Shown: positions 1-12,900 of the stretch, piece by piece
How positions within the stretch are numbered: position 1 is the first letter of the stretch
Layout: every line of letters starts with the position of its first letter
NCBI GenBank assembly: GCA_905178155.1
Contig: CAJINV010000001.1
Coordinates: 15,004,142 to 15,068,141, forward strand
Direction: 5' to 3'
DNA: 64,000 bases
Origin: Amoebophrya sp. A120
Lineage: Eukaryota > Protista > Dinoflagellata
Notes under the pieces: model-generated
What the model was told of the DNA's origin: nothing
What the model saw: only the letters and a program-made list of their open reading frames with translations
Databases searched by the model: none
Program-made: the position numbers and the translations under genes

Positions 1-1259
1 CCCGCGTGCTGCCGTCGTTCGCGATGCCGGGCCCGGTTTTGCGCCAAGGACGGTGCCTGGAGGAGCGGCTCCTCGACCTCGTTGCCCACCTGGTACAGTT
101 GCAAGTGGTTGTAGTAGTAATTGTAGGCTGCCGGATGGTGTCCCCCGCCACCGTGGTCGCCGCCCGCGCCGTTTGCTCCGGGCACGGGGGCCGGCACGTC
201 CGCTGGTATTCCGCGACTGGACGGCGGCCCCGTCCGCATCTGGGAAGCCTGATGAAGGTCCGGTGTGGCCACGCCTCCTCCTGCGGCTGAGACTGGATTA
301 TTTTTGAAGCCGTTCGACGCAGCATATGCGGAATCCTGGTGCGGCGTGTGCGGTTGACCACCCGGCACTGGACCAACCGGCGCTCCCGCCGGTTTGCTGG
401 TTTGTTTTGGGTACGGGTAGGGCTGCTGGTGGTGCTGCTGGAACACTAGATTGCCGGTGTTCATGGTCGGTGCGTGGGGGGTATTGCCGTGGTTGTTTTG
501 TTGCGGCGCAGGTGGTCCGCTGTAACCAGGCACAGGAGCAGCTGCTGTTCCAGCAACAGGGATGACGTTCTCCCTGAGTTGAGTCGTCGCCGGTGCTGGT
601 GGCTGTTTCCTGTGGTCAGGCAGTGCTTCGTCGTTGGGATTGTGCTTTGTTTCCACGACTTGGTTGAACAGGCCCGAACCTCCGACTGGTTCTTGCCCGG
701 ACGTCGCCATTTTTCTGGTGTCCCCGCCACGAAAATTCGCAAAATCTTGGAGTGACAGTTCTGTGTCTGGAAACAGTGTGCTGCTAGCTTGTTCTTGGTT
801 CACTTTCGGACTGATGTTGTTATCCACCTTTTGCAATACCACGCGGTCGTCCGTGACGGAAGGTGGTTCGTCGTAGGACGCAGGCGAAGCTTTGTTTTCC
901 GACGAACTCGGACTAGCGCTGGGGCTCGGTGAGACGGAATGTTGATCTCGTCCCCCACCGCCAGCCGACAAAATGCGCGTACCAGGCCCTGTGGCAAAGT
1001 ATGTTGCCGAGGAATTGTTTCTTGTGCTGCCGCTCGCGGTGTCGCGTATCTCCAGACTTGCGACCGCCTCCGGGCTGCTCAACGGCGACCCGGGCACTTC
1101 GGTTGTCTTCGAGGACCCCTCTTCCCCGGAGGAAGCGGCTGCAAACGGCGGCCCGAGCGGGTCGGAGGACGTTGCAGTCAGGCCCTTGATGTTCCCTTTG
1201 GAAGATGCAGTAGCGGCGGACGTAGGCACGGCGGGAAACAAAACCTCTCCGTCATTCAT
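1..1259 (-). CDS. 5' part of a hypothetical low-complexity protein (runs off the window edge)
   Basis: Minus-strand ATG at 1259 (MNDGEVLFPAVPTSAA...) reads open to position 1 (...NEVEEPLLQAPSLAQNRARHRERRQH). It is missing from the ORF track because no stop lies in the window. No domain recognised. Confidence 0.7.
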   Translation of the reverse strand, partial: MNDGEVLFPAVPTSAATASSKGNIKGLTATSSDPLGPPFAAASSGEEGSSKTTEVPGSPLSSPEAVASLEIRDTASGSTRNNSSATYFATGPGTRILSAGGGGRDQHSVSPSPSASPSSSENKASPASYDEPPSVTDDRVVLQKVDNNISPKVNQEQASSTLFPDTELSLQDFANFRGGDTRKMATSGQEPVGGSGLFNQVVETKHNPNDEALPDHRKQPPAPATTQLRENVIPVAGTAAAPVPGYSGPPAPQQNNHGNTPHAPTMNTGNLVFQQHHQQPYPYPKQTSKPAGAPVGPVPGGQPHTPHQDSAYAASNGFKNNPVSAAGGGVATPDLHQASQMRTGPPSSRGIPADVPAPVPGANGAGGDHGGGGHHPAAYNYYYNHLQLYQVGNEVEEPLLQAPSLAQNRARHRERRQHA

Positions 1260-1825
1260 GATTTTTGAACAACTGAGTTGAGGCCTAGAGCAGAATCAGC
1301 ATACTTTCGATAGACATCTCTCCAATACTCGCTGGATCTCGCCACAGCGAAAGAAATTCAGTGCTATTTTCGAACAGGTTCATCTCCTGTGCCTGTGGGT
1401 GATTACATAATCACGAGCCAGAAACTGCTTAGGAGTGAAGGGCCGTTCTTTCTTTCCGTTTCCATACGATCAACATCGGGAAGACAAGTTTATTGAACGA
1501 ATGCAACAGGGTGATGCATACCAACAGTGTGGTGCGACGATAACGTAGTTAATGAGGTGCGAATAACAATAATTCCTAAGCATAACTAAAATAATTGTCG
1601 TAGTCATTGTGAAAAATATCGACTCATGCATTATCATCAAAAAACAGTCATATTGACATGGGTGCCGCCAGAGCTCGCGGCTTCACCGCCCTGTAACTAC
1701 AGAGGCAACGGTCAGACGCGAAAGCATCGGAATGGGGCATGGATGAATGTGCTGGTACAGCTAGGTAAGATGCTGACATGTTAAGTACGTCGACACCACA
1801 GGCGAGAGCTAGCATGCACGTGCAC

Positions 1826-1865
1826 AAAATCAAAATCGGGTAGGCAAAAATCAAAATCGGGTAGG
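1826..1865. repeat. short tandem duplication (AAAATCAAAATCGGGTAGG x2, 21-bp period)
   Basis: Two exact copies at ~1826-1844 and ~1847-1865. Confidence 0.8.
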
Positions 1866-2286
1866 TGGGAGCTGCATAAAATTTTAGTATGTTCGAAATG
1901 CTGCGTAAAAGAGCCACCTGGCTGAGAAGTGCATGGTAAAGTCTCTCGTCGCTCGTGGACGTTGTTCCTCCTCTCGCTCTATATCTTGACAGATCACTCG
2001 CAACACAGTCAATCAATATCACAGCTTGACCTCTTCAATCATCTTTCGTTCTCCGCGTCAACACAATCGAGCACAGTGAGACAGGAAACCGAGAGCAAAA
2101 TACAATCTATCACGACCTGCTGCGAGTGCGGTGACATCGTTATATTTTCAAATTTGAAACGTCTGTAGTAAAAAACAGCGACACATAAGCGTCTGGCAGG
2201 CTATATCTATGTGTATATCGAAACAGTCTGTCGTTCTCAGCGATGAAACATGATATTCATTTCGGAACAACCACTCTCGAAACCAG

Positions 2287-4956
2287 TTACCTGACATTGT
2301 TTCTCAAGTGCGCCCTGCAGCACTTGCTGATACCGTCCTGGTAGCGGTGCTGCGCGTTCCCGACAGCAAATTTGTGCTCCCGCCTCGCGTGCAGTACCGC
2401 GTTCTCTATGTCTTCCGCATAAAACACGTCGCAGCGACACTGTTGACAGACCCGGATGTGCTCGGACTCGCGCGACTGGTACTGCAAACTTTCCCAGGTC
2501 ATGGGACAGTCCGGCCGGTCGCAATTCTCCACGGCGTGCGAGGCCGGAAATTTTGGCTTCTTCGATTGATGCACGATGATGCCGACCGCGCTCTTTGGAT
2601 GCGGCTGGTGGCTTGGGTCTACTACACCTGCAGAAGAGGACAAAGCGCCAGCTGCGATAGTACTGCTGTTGCCCACCACCAAGTTATTTCTTGACGCCTC
2701 CTCTTCGGAAGTGAGAAGTGCTGGTTGATGATTTCCTGTGCCCGACACCTCACTGCAGGAAGACTGCTTTGAGCGACCGGCCGTGGTCTTGCTCCAAGAG
2801 GAAGTGTGCCCGGCCAAACCCAGCCGCGGCGCTGCTTGCAAGAAACTCGCATTGCTAGACGGACTATTCAAATTTACCGCCGCCGGACCTAGCCCTGCCC
2901 CTCGCGGCGACCGCGGAGATGCATGCGGCGTCCGGGGGCGCACCGTGGTGGAAGCGGCGGAATTCTGACTGAAGAAGTTATCAGAGCCCGAAGTAGCAGC
3001 TGCTCCTCCCGTAGTACGATGGAGCCCAGAAGTGGTGATGGCGTTGTCGCGAAACAGCCACGTGCCCTCCAAGCGGCGTCGCAGAAACTTCAAATCTAAC
3101 CGCCGTAGATGCGGGTTGACAGTGGGAAACAGGTGCAACACTGCCTGCTGCCAAATCAGCAAGTCTTCTGCGATCCACTTCGAGAACTCCTTACTCCACA
3201 AAGAGGCATTGAGCAGCAAAAACTGCACGGGAAAAATGAAGTCCGCTGCGAACCACAGAATGATGCCCCGCACCCCGTCAATCGCGAAGCAGGCAAGAGC
3301 GAGGTTGAAGTTGCTGTCGGACTCTTTGATCTTGTTGTCTTCTTGAACTCTGTCTCCACCTCTTGCTCGAAAGTCTTCTCCATCTTCTCCTTTGGAAGAC
3401 GCGGAGGAGGCGCTTGACGAAACGAAAGCGGCCATGGTGGTGGTCTCCCTCCTGAGAAAAGCGTGCTTGGTGTCCTTCAGGTCGGAAGATGTTGACCTCT
3501 TTTTTGGGTGAAACACAAGCTCTGGTGGTGCCGATGGCGCACTAATCCTGTCGGACTGTTCGTCCCGAGAAATAAGTGCAGACTCGTCTTGTTGCAGCAA
3601 CACCAGTGACGGACCCACCTGCGCGGATGCGTTTCTCGGGCCGCCAGGGTGAGGCTCTTCCTCCTCGCCTACGCCCAATTGCTGCCGAATCAGATCGCTT
3701 TTCTCCTTTTCGGTGTGGGAAAAGAGACTCCCCTGTTCCTGCATTTCCTGCGCCAAAAACACGTGCCGGTCATGCTCCCGAACGAAGCGACCGTTTTCCA
3801 GGTACCAGCTTTTTCTGTACGCGGCCCGCAGGTTCCAGCGAAAGGAGAACTTAGCGCGGCGGCGGGAAAAGAAATCCTCCTCCTCGCTACTCGACGTGTC
3901 GGGGCTTTTGTACCGCGCCGGGCCACCACGACCGTGCTTCTTACTCGCTGTGCCGTCCGCATATTGATCTTCCGGCAGCAGCGTTCGTCCTTGTTCCGAC
4001 TTTACTTCCTGAAAGAGAGCCTTGGGCACGACGATCGCCACTTTTTCCCGAACGGAAGATGCCGTGTCTGCCTTCTTTTTCTTGTTGTCGCGGAGGTTCT
4101 TAACTGCGCCCGAGGGAGGAGCCGCTCGTGCCGATGTTGACGCTGTAACAGTAGTCGTGCTTGAGGCGGACGACGTGCTGTGGGGACCGTTTTTTCTTTT
4201 ACTGCTGTCTACTTCTTCCCCCGACCGGCTGGACGAAGAATTTAGCAGCCCATTACTGGGACCAACATCCTCCTCGAAGGACACCTCCACAGTCTGCGTC
4301 TGCACGTACTGTTCTCTTTTTTTCTTTCCCGGAGAAATTTCCAAGGGCGGTATAAACAGGGTAACGCCCCCACACGCTTTATTCGCGCACGACCTGATCT
4401 TCCCTCGCGGGCTGTTTGTGCTCTCCTCGTCCGTCCCGGTTCTGTTAAGAACATGATCTTCTTTCGCAAAAATAACACTTGAAGTAGAGGACGCCGCTGA
4501 CGTAGTTCCTCTCTCGGCGAGATCATCAGCCGTTTCTTCTACTTCCTTTGCGAGATGAGATCGAGTTTTTGTTTTTCCCTCTTGATTATATTCTTCGTCG
4601 CTTTTCACCACTTCTGCCACCACGAACGTGTTTGGCGCCGCGGTGATGGGGCGGCCCTCCTGGAGTGCGGGTTGCGTCAAGCACCAGTACGAAGGGCTGA
4701 CCAACGTGCCCCGGTCCAGTCCGAGAGATTCGTTCGCGCAGCGCACACAGAGATCGTAGCCGCACGGCTGGCAGTGATAGGAGAAAACGGTTTCGCCGCT
4801 CGCCTCGTTCGTACGCACGGCGGGCACACGGTGACGCGAAGACACGCCGCAGAGATCGCACCGCACCCCGTGGATGTATTTTGTTCCACCAGCGAGCGCT
4901 GAGAGCTCCGCCAAACTCTCCTGGGGAACCAGAGGGTGGCCGGCCAAGCACTTCAT
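2287..4956 (-). CDS. 889+ aa protein: N-terminal Cys-rich (ZZ-like) zinc finger, possible F-box-like segment, C-terminal CP..W..L..R.C..C domain
   Basis: Long ORF with motifs RCDLCG...YHCQPCGYDLCVRC, IILWFAADF...LLNASLWSKEF...DLLIWQQ and CPMTWESL...HIRVCQQCRCDVF. The ORF ends at a GT donor (AG|GTAAC), so further 3' exons near 1900-2160 are possible. Confidence 0.75.
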   Translation of the reverse strand: MKCLAGHPLVPQESLAELSALAGGTKYIHGVRCDLCGVSSRHRVPAVRTNEASGETVFSYHCQPCGYDLCVRCANESLGLDRGTLVSPSYWCLTQPALQEGRPITAAPNTFVVAEVVKSDEEYNQEGKTKTRSHLAKEVEETADDLAERGTTSAASSTSSVIFAKEDHVLNRTGTDEESTNSPRGKIRSCANKACGGVTLFIPPLEISPGKKKREQYVQTQTVEVSFEEDVGPSNGLLNSSSSRSGEEVDSSKRKNGPHSTSSASSTTTVTASTSARAAPPSGAVKNLRDNKKKKADTASSVREKVAIVVPKALFQEVKSEQGRTLLPEDQYADGTASKKHGRGGPARYKSPDTSSSEEEDFFSRRRAKFSFRWNLRAAYRKSWYLENGRFVREHDRHVFLAQEMQEQGSLFSHTEKEKSDLIRQQLGVGEEEEPHPGGPRNASAQVGPSLVLLQQDESALISRDEQSDRISAPSAPPELVFHPKKRSTSSDLKDTKHAFLRRETTTMAAFVSSSASSASSKGEDGEDFRARGGDRVQEDNKIKESDSNFNLALACFAIDGVRGIILWFAADFIFPVQFLLLNASLWSKEFSKWIAEDLLIWQQAVLHLFPTVNPHLRRLDLKFLRRRLEGTWLFRDNAITTSGLHRTTGGAAATSGSDNFFSQNSAASTTVRPRTPHASPRSPRGAGLGPAAVNLNSPSSNASFLQAAPRLGLAGHTSSWSKTTAGRSKQSSCSEVSGTGNHQPALLTSEEEASRNNLVVGNSSTIAAGALSSSAGVVDPSHQPHPKSAVGIIVHQSKKPKFPASHAVENCDRPDCPMTWESLQYQSRESEHIRVCQQCRCDVFYAEDIENAVLHARREHKFAVGNAQHRYQDGISKCCRAHLRNNVR

Positions 4957-6917
4957 TTTTGATCTAGTACTTTAATTTTTTCCAAAGCGTTTTAATTCTC
5001 AAGATAGACGGAGCACTTTTTTCGCTGTGTACGTCTATTTCGCTGCTCACACTCACTTTCTTCTCACTACGTACCCCTCAAATGCAAAAACCACGACAAC
5101 ACACACAAACAGACATCAGACGACAAATGTTGAATCAAACGCGCATGCATTTACAATTGCACAACCACGCAACACTCTATCTCGGGCGAGACTAGACTTA
5201 CAACAAAGTGCAACGAAACATTGAGAATGATAGTAGTCGAACAGGAAACGCATCATTATTGACCCCGTTCTTTCTTTTTGGTTTCGATTTTCACAGATTC
5301 GGGTGCGCAGGTGCAAAAGCATTTTTACATCAAGAGGTTTTAGTCTTTTGCCTTCCTGTAGAACTTGACCAGCAGTCTGCTAAAACCCCCAGCATCGCCA
5401 CCTCCTTCGAATAAGTAGTAATTCCTCACAGGTTCTTAAGTCTGTTCTAGTAGGACCACTGATAGAAGGTTTATTGCAAGAAAAAGATGGCAACGAGGGA
5501 ATGCAGTTTTAGATCAACGTCTCACGGTGGGTTAGCAACTACAGTACTGCTTTGCTTCATTGCACCGCTAATCAGATGATGGGGGATCTATTTGATACGA
5601 CTTGTTCGCATAGATTACTTACTTACACCTCTAGTCAGGTAGTGAGATCGGGGATTTATATCACTGCAGATTGTCATGCTCGTCGATCGTCTTTTGATAA
5701 GGACTGGTGCTCTTAAACGTTGTTGTCGACGCAATGTACTAGAATACTGTCGCAGTGCCGGATGTGCACCAATGAGTTCCGCTGGTATGGTTTCATCTTG
5801 TCGCGCTAAGATTGGTAATCGGAGCGCAGCGATGATCGCCGGAAAGGCGCAGACCATCCTGGAGACACGCGGCTGCTCTACTGACTCGTGTGAGGGGAAG
5901 TAGACAATATGCCTCCTTCTCGAAACAAAGTGATAATGTCCATGCTCTCGACACCAAACTGCCAATGCGTTCTACTGTAATATCATGACTGTTGGTCTCA
6001 TAGATAGATGGTGCTCTTGGCAAGAATCAATCCGCTTGTGCAGTAACTGGTGCCTATGATTGCAACAAACCCGAGTGGTGGCTTGATTGCATCCTTTCAT
6101 CGCAGTTCTTGCAAAAATAAATATTCGTATATTGTTACTTTGTGTTACTAGAAACAGCATAGGTTCGGCTACTCTGCAAAATTTCGTCCTCTTCGAATCT
6201 TTAACGCTACTGCAACTCGAGCATGTAGTGCAGTTGGTAATGGAATATGAATATTCCACTCACCGACCACTACTTACAGTTGTCACTCTTGTATCTTTTT
6301 TTCCCACAGGTGGAGCTGCGAAGGCAAGTACTTACTTAATTTCTGCACGAAGAAACCAAAAGTGCAGATTGTTTTGGTCAACAATAAAACTGCCTGCCAC
6401 CGCTACTGCAGCTTCCACGAGTAATAGATACATTTTCGCAAGCAACTTCTATTTCTACCACATTGTGTATCACAGGACAAACATGCGAATTCGCGCTAGA
6501 CGACAGCAAGACAGCCCCCGTCAGCTTTGAGAGATAGCGCGATCGATCGAAAATTTGAGGAAAATAAGCAGTGCGCCGGGGAAACAGCACAACTGTCCAT
6601 GGGGGGCTAACATCATCTTCGCTAGTACTAGCAAGTAATCAATTCAATTCTGCTCAGGGAGACCACTTGGGAGAAAATTGGCGGGGAACATTTAGTTAGA
6701 GGCAACAAATTTCTATAGCATCCGACGGACCTCGAGAAACGAAGACGTTAGTGAGTCCTCGTGCTACACATGATGACGCATTTATATGTGTTGTAATCAG
6801 ACAAATAAAAAAAGTACAAAGAAATCAGAAACAGAATACTAATACAAGATCAAGAACAGATAAGACAAAACCTCCAGAGTACGCCGCTTCAGAGCTGCGG
6901 GCTGATCGTCGAGTAAA

Positions 6918-9900
6918 TCATTTTCCGTCGTCAAAAAAGGCCATGACTTCTTCACTGGGACTGCGTGCGACTAGAGCAGCATATCAACTGTAAAAATGTC
7001 TGGGTCTGGAAGAATCCATGTGTGTCATGCTTGTCTGTCATGACTCTTAAATCTGTCATGCACGTTACCCAAGAGCTCCGCTTTTCTGTGATGCAGAAGC
7101 GCAGTTTGTCATGCAGAATAGGCAACACCTAGGAGCTCAGAAACTTGTCATGCTGAGCCAGCATCTGTAGCCTCATCATGAGACGCCACCCAGCATCACA
7201 AGTTTCCAGACCCAGACATTTTTACTCTCGATACAGCAGACCCTACCGCAAGCTTCGAGAGCGCCGCTTCCGGGGCTGATACGAGCTCCGCGTGGGCCAT
7301 GGGGCTCGCCTCGGTCGATGAGCCGGTGCTGCTGTGCCCCTCCTGCACAGGACTCAGCCCCGGCGGAAACTTCATCCCGCCGCGGTTGGTAGAAGTGGTG
7401 GATGCTGCAACTGCCTGCTGCTGCGGAGGCAGCGGCAGTTCGTTGTCGTCGGAACTCGTCACGGGCGCGGGCGATGTGGTAATCGTGGTGGACGTAGCAG
7501 CAGCTGCTGCGACGTCTTTCGCTCGCTGCATCTCGGCATCGTAGTTCCGAACGAACCGACCGATCGGACTGTCCTCGTTACTGGGGTTTACTCGCGGGCT
7601 CTCCGCAAGATGTTGTTGACCCGGGGTAGTTGAAATAGTACCTCCCGGAAGACTTTGCTGGTGCAAGTAGTCGTTGATTTTGTAGTAATTGTAGTCGTAC
7701 TCGTACGGCATGTAAGGATGATATGCCGCTGCAAAACCACTCCAGTCGTGCTCCGGCAGCTTGTGGCCATGCCAGGAAATGTCCGCGTCACTGCTGCGAC
7801 CGGAACGGTGGGACGGCCGCGGCATCGACCGCGAATCATACCCAGATACGTGAGATGTGGACGGTCGGTTATAATACCGCTCTGAATTTTTTTTTTTCCA
7901 AAAATCGTTGATACTTCTTTCTTAGTGGTGTATTTTTCAAATCTACCGTTATCTATTCGCTACTCTATCCTTGAGCTGCCGAAAATTCTACGGACGGAAA
8001 GCTACATCAATCGGATGTTGAAATCGTTCATTCATTGATTACCCCTAAGTAATATGACCAAGTGTCGATCAGCAGTTGTGTATAGAAAAAGCAAAAACTT
8101 TGTGCTGTTGCATCAAAAAAAACAAAAACCTGCAGCGCTCGAGGGTGGATGCGAGGACTTTGTGCGGTTCAAAAAGAGGTCCGGGTCGTACTGCAGCTGC
8201 GAATGCGCCGCCTGCACCGGGTAGTGGTGATGCGTGTAGGAGCGAAACATATCTGCTTGGATTGCGGCCGCCTTGTGGCTGTTGGTCCGGGACAGCGAGT
8301 TTTTCGATGACGTTTTGGGCATCATGTTATACGGAGGCAGATTGTACTGTCCGAAGTTCCGCGCTTCCTCCGCTCCGTCCGGCCAGGAACTGGTGTAGCT
8401 CTCGGAACGGACCGGCGTGAAGGAAAAGTCCGCCTCGAGGCCCGACGGCCGACTTCCGGCGCCAAGCTGAGGACTCTCGAAGGTATGTACGGCGGACACG
8501 GACCGCGGCAAGTACTGCCCGGCGGCGGTTGAACTCTGCTCTGCATACACTGCTGCTGTTGAGGCAGCAATAGGATCGTTGCTCACCTCCTGCTCGTCCC
8601 CGAAGACTTTCCCGTACCCACTTCCCAGCAACAAAGTGGAGCCCAGCGACGAGCTGGGACCGTGGAAGGTCAGGCTGCGGTTCAACGCGGCCAAATGTTT
8701 GTCCCGCGCCAAAGCCAGCGCCGAAGTCGTTCGCAGCTTCCGGTCGTCGGTGCTCTGCGTTCGTTCCGGGAGCCCATGGATCACCGGCCCGTGGCTCGTC
8801 GTGCTAGTGGAAATGTCTTGGTCTTCCTCTAACCGGAGGTTAGCAACCGCAGCTGCGTCCCCCGGCAGCGGTGCGGCGACACTCATTGGCGATATCTCAG
8901 ACCCCGAAGAGAGCGCCGAGCCGGGAAGCAGGAATTCCGGCGTCGTGTGGATCGGCGGCAGGTTGTAGGGATTCAGGTTTTGCAGCGGGTGGGTGGGCAG
9001 CACCACGGGATAGGCGCCGGTCGCGGTCGCGCCGCCCGCGGTATAATTACCATGTGGTCGGGGTGCTTCCCCGCCACCGATCTGCGATCCGCGAGCCAAC
9101 GAGACACGATCTGCAAGCGTGGGTGGTCGCGGAGGGGGGAGCGGAGAAAGCTGCGAAAACGCCAGGTCCACCTGAAAGTCAAAAGTTGAAGTTTTTCATA
9201 TTGATGTTGTACAACTCTTTTTAACCACGAAATAACTATAGTACCGACATGAACTTACGCACCAAACTCGTGTTCAGGCTAAATCGTACACTCGTCGCGA
9301 CATCTGTCAGACCTAGAAGTGCCCTGATACCACATCACAAAAAAGAACTCCAGAACAACAATGACAGTGACACCATACTATAATGGACTAAAACGGACAT
9401 AATCGTCCCTGCAAACCTTACCAATACTATCCGTTATATCCTTCTATTATACCTGCGGACTCTCCACCACCTCTTCGTCGGAAGCATTTTCCTCGTCTGT
9501 TTCTTCCACCTCGTGCAGAATCCGCCCCTTCCCGGCGCCCTTATAGAACGGAGCAGGTGAAGCGGCACTTTGGTATGACTGATTGAACCCTGCAGATGGA
9601 GAACCGTGAAGATGTTGCTGGTGACCTCCCTGATGTTGTTCTCGTTCTCCACCGTGGTTGTTGTACAACCCTTGTGGGGCGGATTTGGGCGGGGTTTTCT
9701 CGACGACGGAGTACGTCATAGAGTGCGAAAACAAGACGGAGTTGGTTTCGTACGACACCTCCCGCACGCCCCATTTATGGAATTGGAATTCGTCATGGCC
9801 GTCGCCCTCAGGCGACACCGTCAGCCGCATCTCCTCCGCAGCAAAGTCGTACGACAGTGTTCCCGTGATGCGTGCCTCCCGCAATTGCTGCGCAAGCAGC

Positions 9901-12900
9901 TGGACTGCCTCTGAGAGCGGCTCTCGTTCAACATTTTTCGGGTCCATTCCCTCTTGGCCGGCGAGAATTTGCTCCAGGCTTGGGTCCTCCGGGTGGCTCA
10001 TGTGATTATCATAATTTTCGTAGTTGTTGTAGCGCGGCGTTGTAGCGGCGCTGCTTTCCGCAGAGGTCCCGCCCCCGAGGTGGTTATGATCCTTATCGCT
10101 GAGCCCCAACAGCTGCCCCTTGGCCATCTTGATCCCTCGCGGGGCGGTGGACTGCGAGAAGTAGGCTTTTAACACCGCCCGGAGGATCTGTGGTGAGCCG
10201 CAGTGCAGCTGGTACCGGCGGTGGATGCACCGCTCCCGCGAGGGCAGGGCCTGGTAGGTACTGAGAATTTTCCGCTGGATCTCCGGCGATTCGCAGATGA
10301 TGATGGCGTACCGTGCCGTTTTCGGGTTGCGCGGGTTCTTGTTCCGGGCCGTCTGTTTCGGCTGGATGAACTCCCAGCCCGCGCGCACCTGGTCGTGCAG
10401 CGGTCGCAGAATCGTGTGAATCATCCGGTCGTCCTATCCTGAGTAAAAACGTACCCACACCAGAGTCAAGATGGGGAATCGGCTAGACAAATCCACAAGT
10501 TTTGGCTGTTTTGCATGACAGATTTGGATTCGTAGTATAGTGCTGTTTGAGCTAGCTCAGCAGCATCACAGATCTAGCATAATATGCTGATTGGAGCATG
10601 ACAAATTGCAAAACACGACTAGAAAATGCTTCTCATGGAGCTCCGCATGAGAAACATTTTCAGCATGCAGATTTGCATTACAACTCTGGTGTGGGTACGT
10701 TTTTACTCAGGATACGTCCAACCGGTGCGGCAGGTTCTTCACCATCAGCGCCGGCGCGGAATTGAACAGGTCATTACGGATCCGCGCAAAGGTATCCAGG
10801 AAAAAAAGTGTGTTAGTGTAGGTGTCTTGAGGTGACAGCATGACAAAGGTGTTCTGCATGATAGAAAAAGCCTGTCATGCGCAGCTAGTAAGTGAAAACA
10901 ACAATGAAATAGGACTTCATGGTTGGCTAGCATGACAAATGTAACAGTGTTGCACGCTTTGCATCACAGACTTACACTTACACAGTTTTTTTCTTGCATA
11001 AAAGGCCTTGCGGGCAAAATGCGTGCGCGACTCCGGCGTCTCCTGGGCCTCCGTCAACGGACTGTAGTTCCCTGGCTCTTCACGCAGCAGCTCTGTGGTT
11101 TCAGATAGAAGGTCAGGCTAGATTAGAATCAATTACAATTTCACAATGTGGTACAATTTTCATGCATTATTCTATTGACCGTCGCGAAGACGCTGCACAC
11201 TAGTACACAGTGATCTTTCATTTCTTCGCGTGACCTACTTCTAGTATCCGCCCGGCATGATCTATCAGTCTCGTCGTGCTAGCAAAAAAAAGTGATTTTG
11301 TGATGCGAAGATTTCGGTCGCATCAATCAAGCTCAACTGTACTACTAGAACTATCGGCATCTTCGGCATGCATGCATGCATGCATGACAAAAATCGATAG
11401 ATGTACCCTTCTCCGGTGACTCGCACCAATTGGACACCCAATGCACCTGCTGGTGCTTTTTCTTCTCGACGTCTTTCCCAGTTGCGGCGGTCGACAATTC
11501 GTCGGAGTACGAGAAATTCCCGCTAAGTCTGTGTAATTTGTGAATGAGTACAATAATTTTCGTCGCTTGGCCGCTTACGCATCAAATGCAAAACCGGTCG
11601 CTACCTCGGACAAAAATGACGAAGCTCGGTCATGATCTTCTTGTTCTGATTAATTTTGTTTTTTCTATGAGATAAGAAAGTGCCACCAGTCCTGTGAGTC
11701 AGAAAAACATAGATAAGTACTGGTCCAGCATGAGGCTAAGTTGCGGCATGCGGTTGTCGCTGTGCTGCAGCTGCTCCAAATGCAGCACGTGCTTGATGTT
11801 GGGGTCGAAAGCCACCCCCTGATCCCGGACAAACTGCGTCGCCAACAAAAGGAAGGGATCATCCTGCTCGACTTTGAACACCTCATTGGCCGCCGCGTCA
11901 TCATGATTTTCCCCTGTTTTTTGTTCGTCCTCGTCGTCAGAACCGTCGTTCCCGGCCGACGCAGCACCCTTCCGCAGTTTGGTGGTCGAGACCAGGTAGC
12001 GGTTCTGCTCGAACTGGGGCGCCATAGTGACGTTTTTCGCGTCCGTGACAAACTCCTCCCGCTCGCGCATTGTGCGAGGGTGGCCGGTCTGCACCTTATT
12101 CCGCCCACCCGCTCCGAGCCCGAGGGGCGGGGAGGAGTGATGTTGATGTTGTTCTTGCGGAAAGAACCCTCCACCCTTCTTGCTCCCGTAAGAAGTTTTT
12201 CCGCCCGCATAATGACTAGAAGCTGCACTCGTCGTCCCTTTATACGGCTGCTGGTGCTGATGTTTCCCCCCGCCCTTCATCTTTCCGCCTGCTTTGCCCC
12301 CTTTGTTCATCTTTCCACCGGCTTTGTCAAAAGTCTGGACGGGAGAGGACGACAATGACTGATCACCCATCGCATGTTGAAAATGATCTTCCCCATACGT
12401 GTTTGCGAAAGGATTGTAACCTTTATTACCGCCCTTGTACTTCCCCTTCTTCCCGCCTCGAGCCGCCCCCTTGTTTTTACCGAATTGCTGCTGGTAATGA
12501 TCACCCGGGAAATTATAAACTTGGTCGTCGTGGTGACCTCGGAAGGCAAGCGATCGCCGAGGGGATGCGTTGGGGCTAGCGAACTGCTGATGATACTGCG
12601 ACGCCTCATTGTAATGGTCGTCAGCATCCTCATCCGACTCGGCTGCTGCCGGCGGGGGGCTATGAAAAGTCTGCTGGCTTTGCTGCTGAAGCAGTTCCAA
12701 GTTCTGCTGAATTTGCTGCTGCAGCAGATACTGCTGGACCAGTTGCTGCTGCTGCTGCTGCATGGCCGCAGCGCCTCCTATCACGGGAACGGGCGGGTAC
12801 TGGGGGCCCGCGGGATGGTGCTGGTACATCAACGGAGCTTGTTGTTGACCATGAGGCGGAGCGAACGCAGGAGCCGCACCTGCCGCTCCAGGCTGGTGGT

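Noticed and set aside
5615-6590. Short ORFs between the first genes as an extra spliced gene
   Set aside because: No recognisable motif, and I could not build a convincing exon chain. It remains possible and needs RNA data.
11093-11406. (CATG)n run and GCATGACAA in a canonical intron as an old introner
   Set aside because: No terminal inverted repeat or TSD detectable; the motif alone is insufficient.
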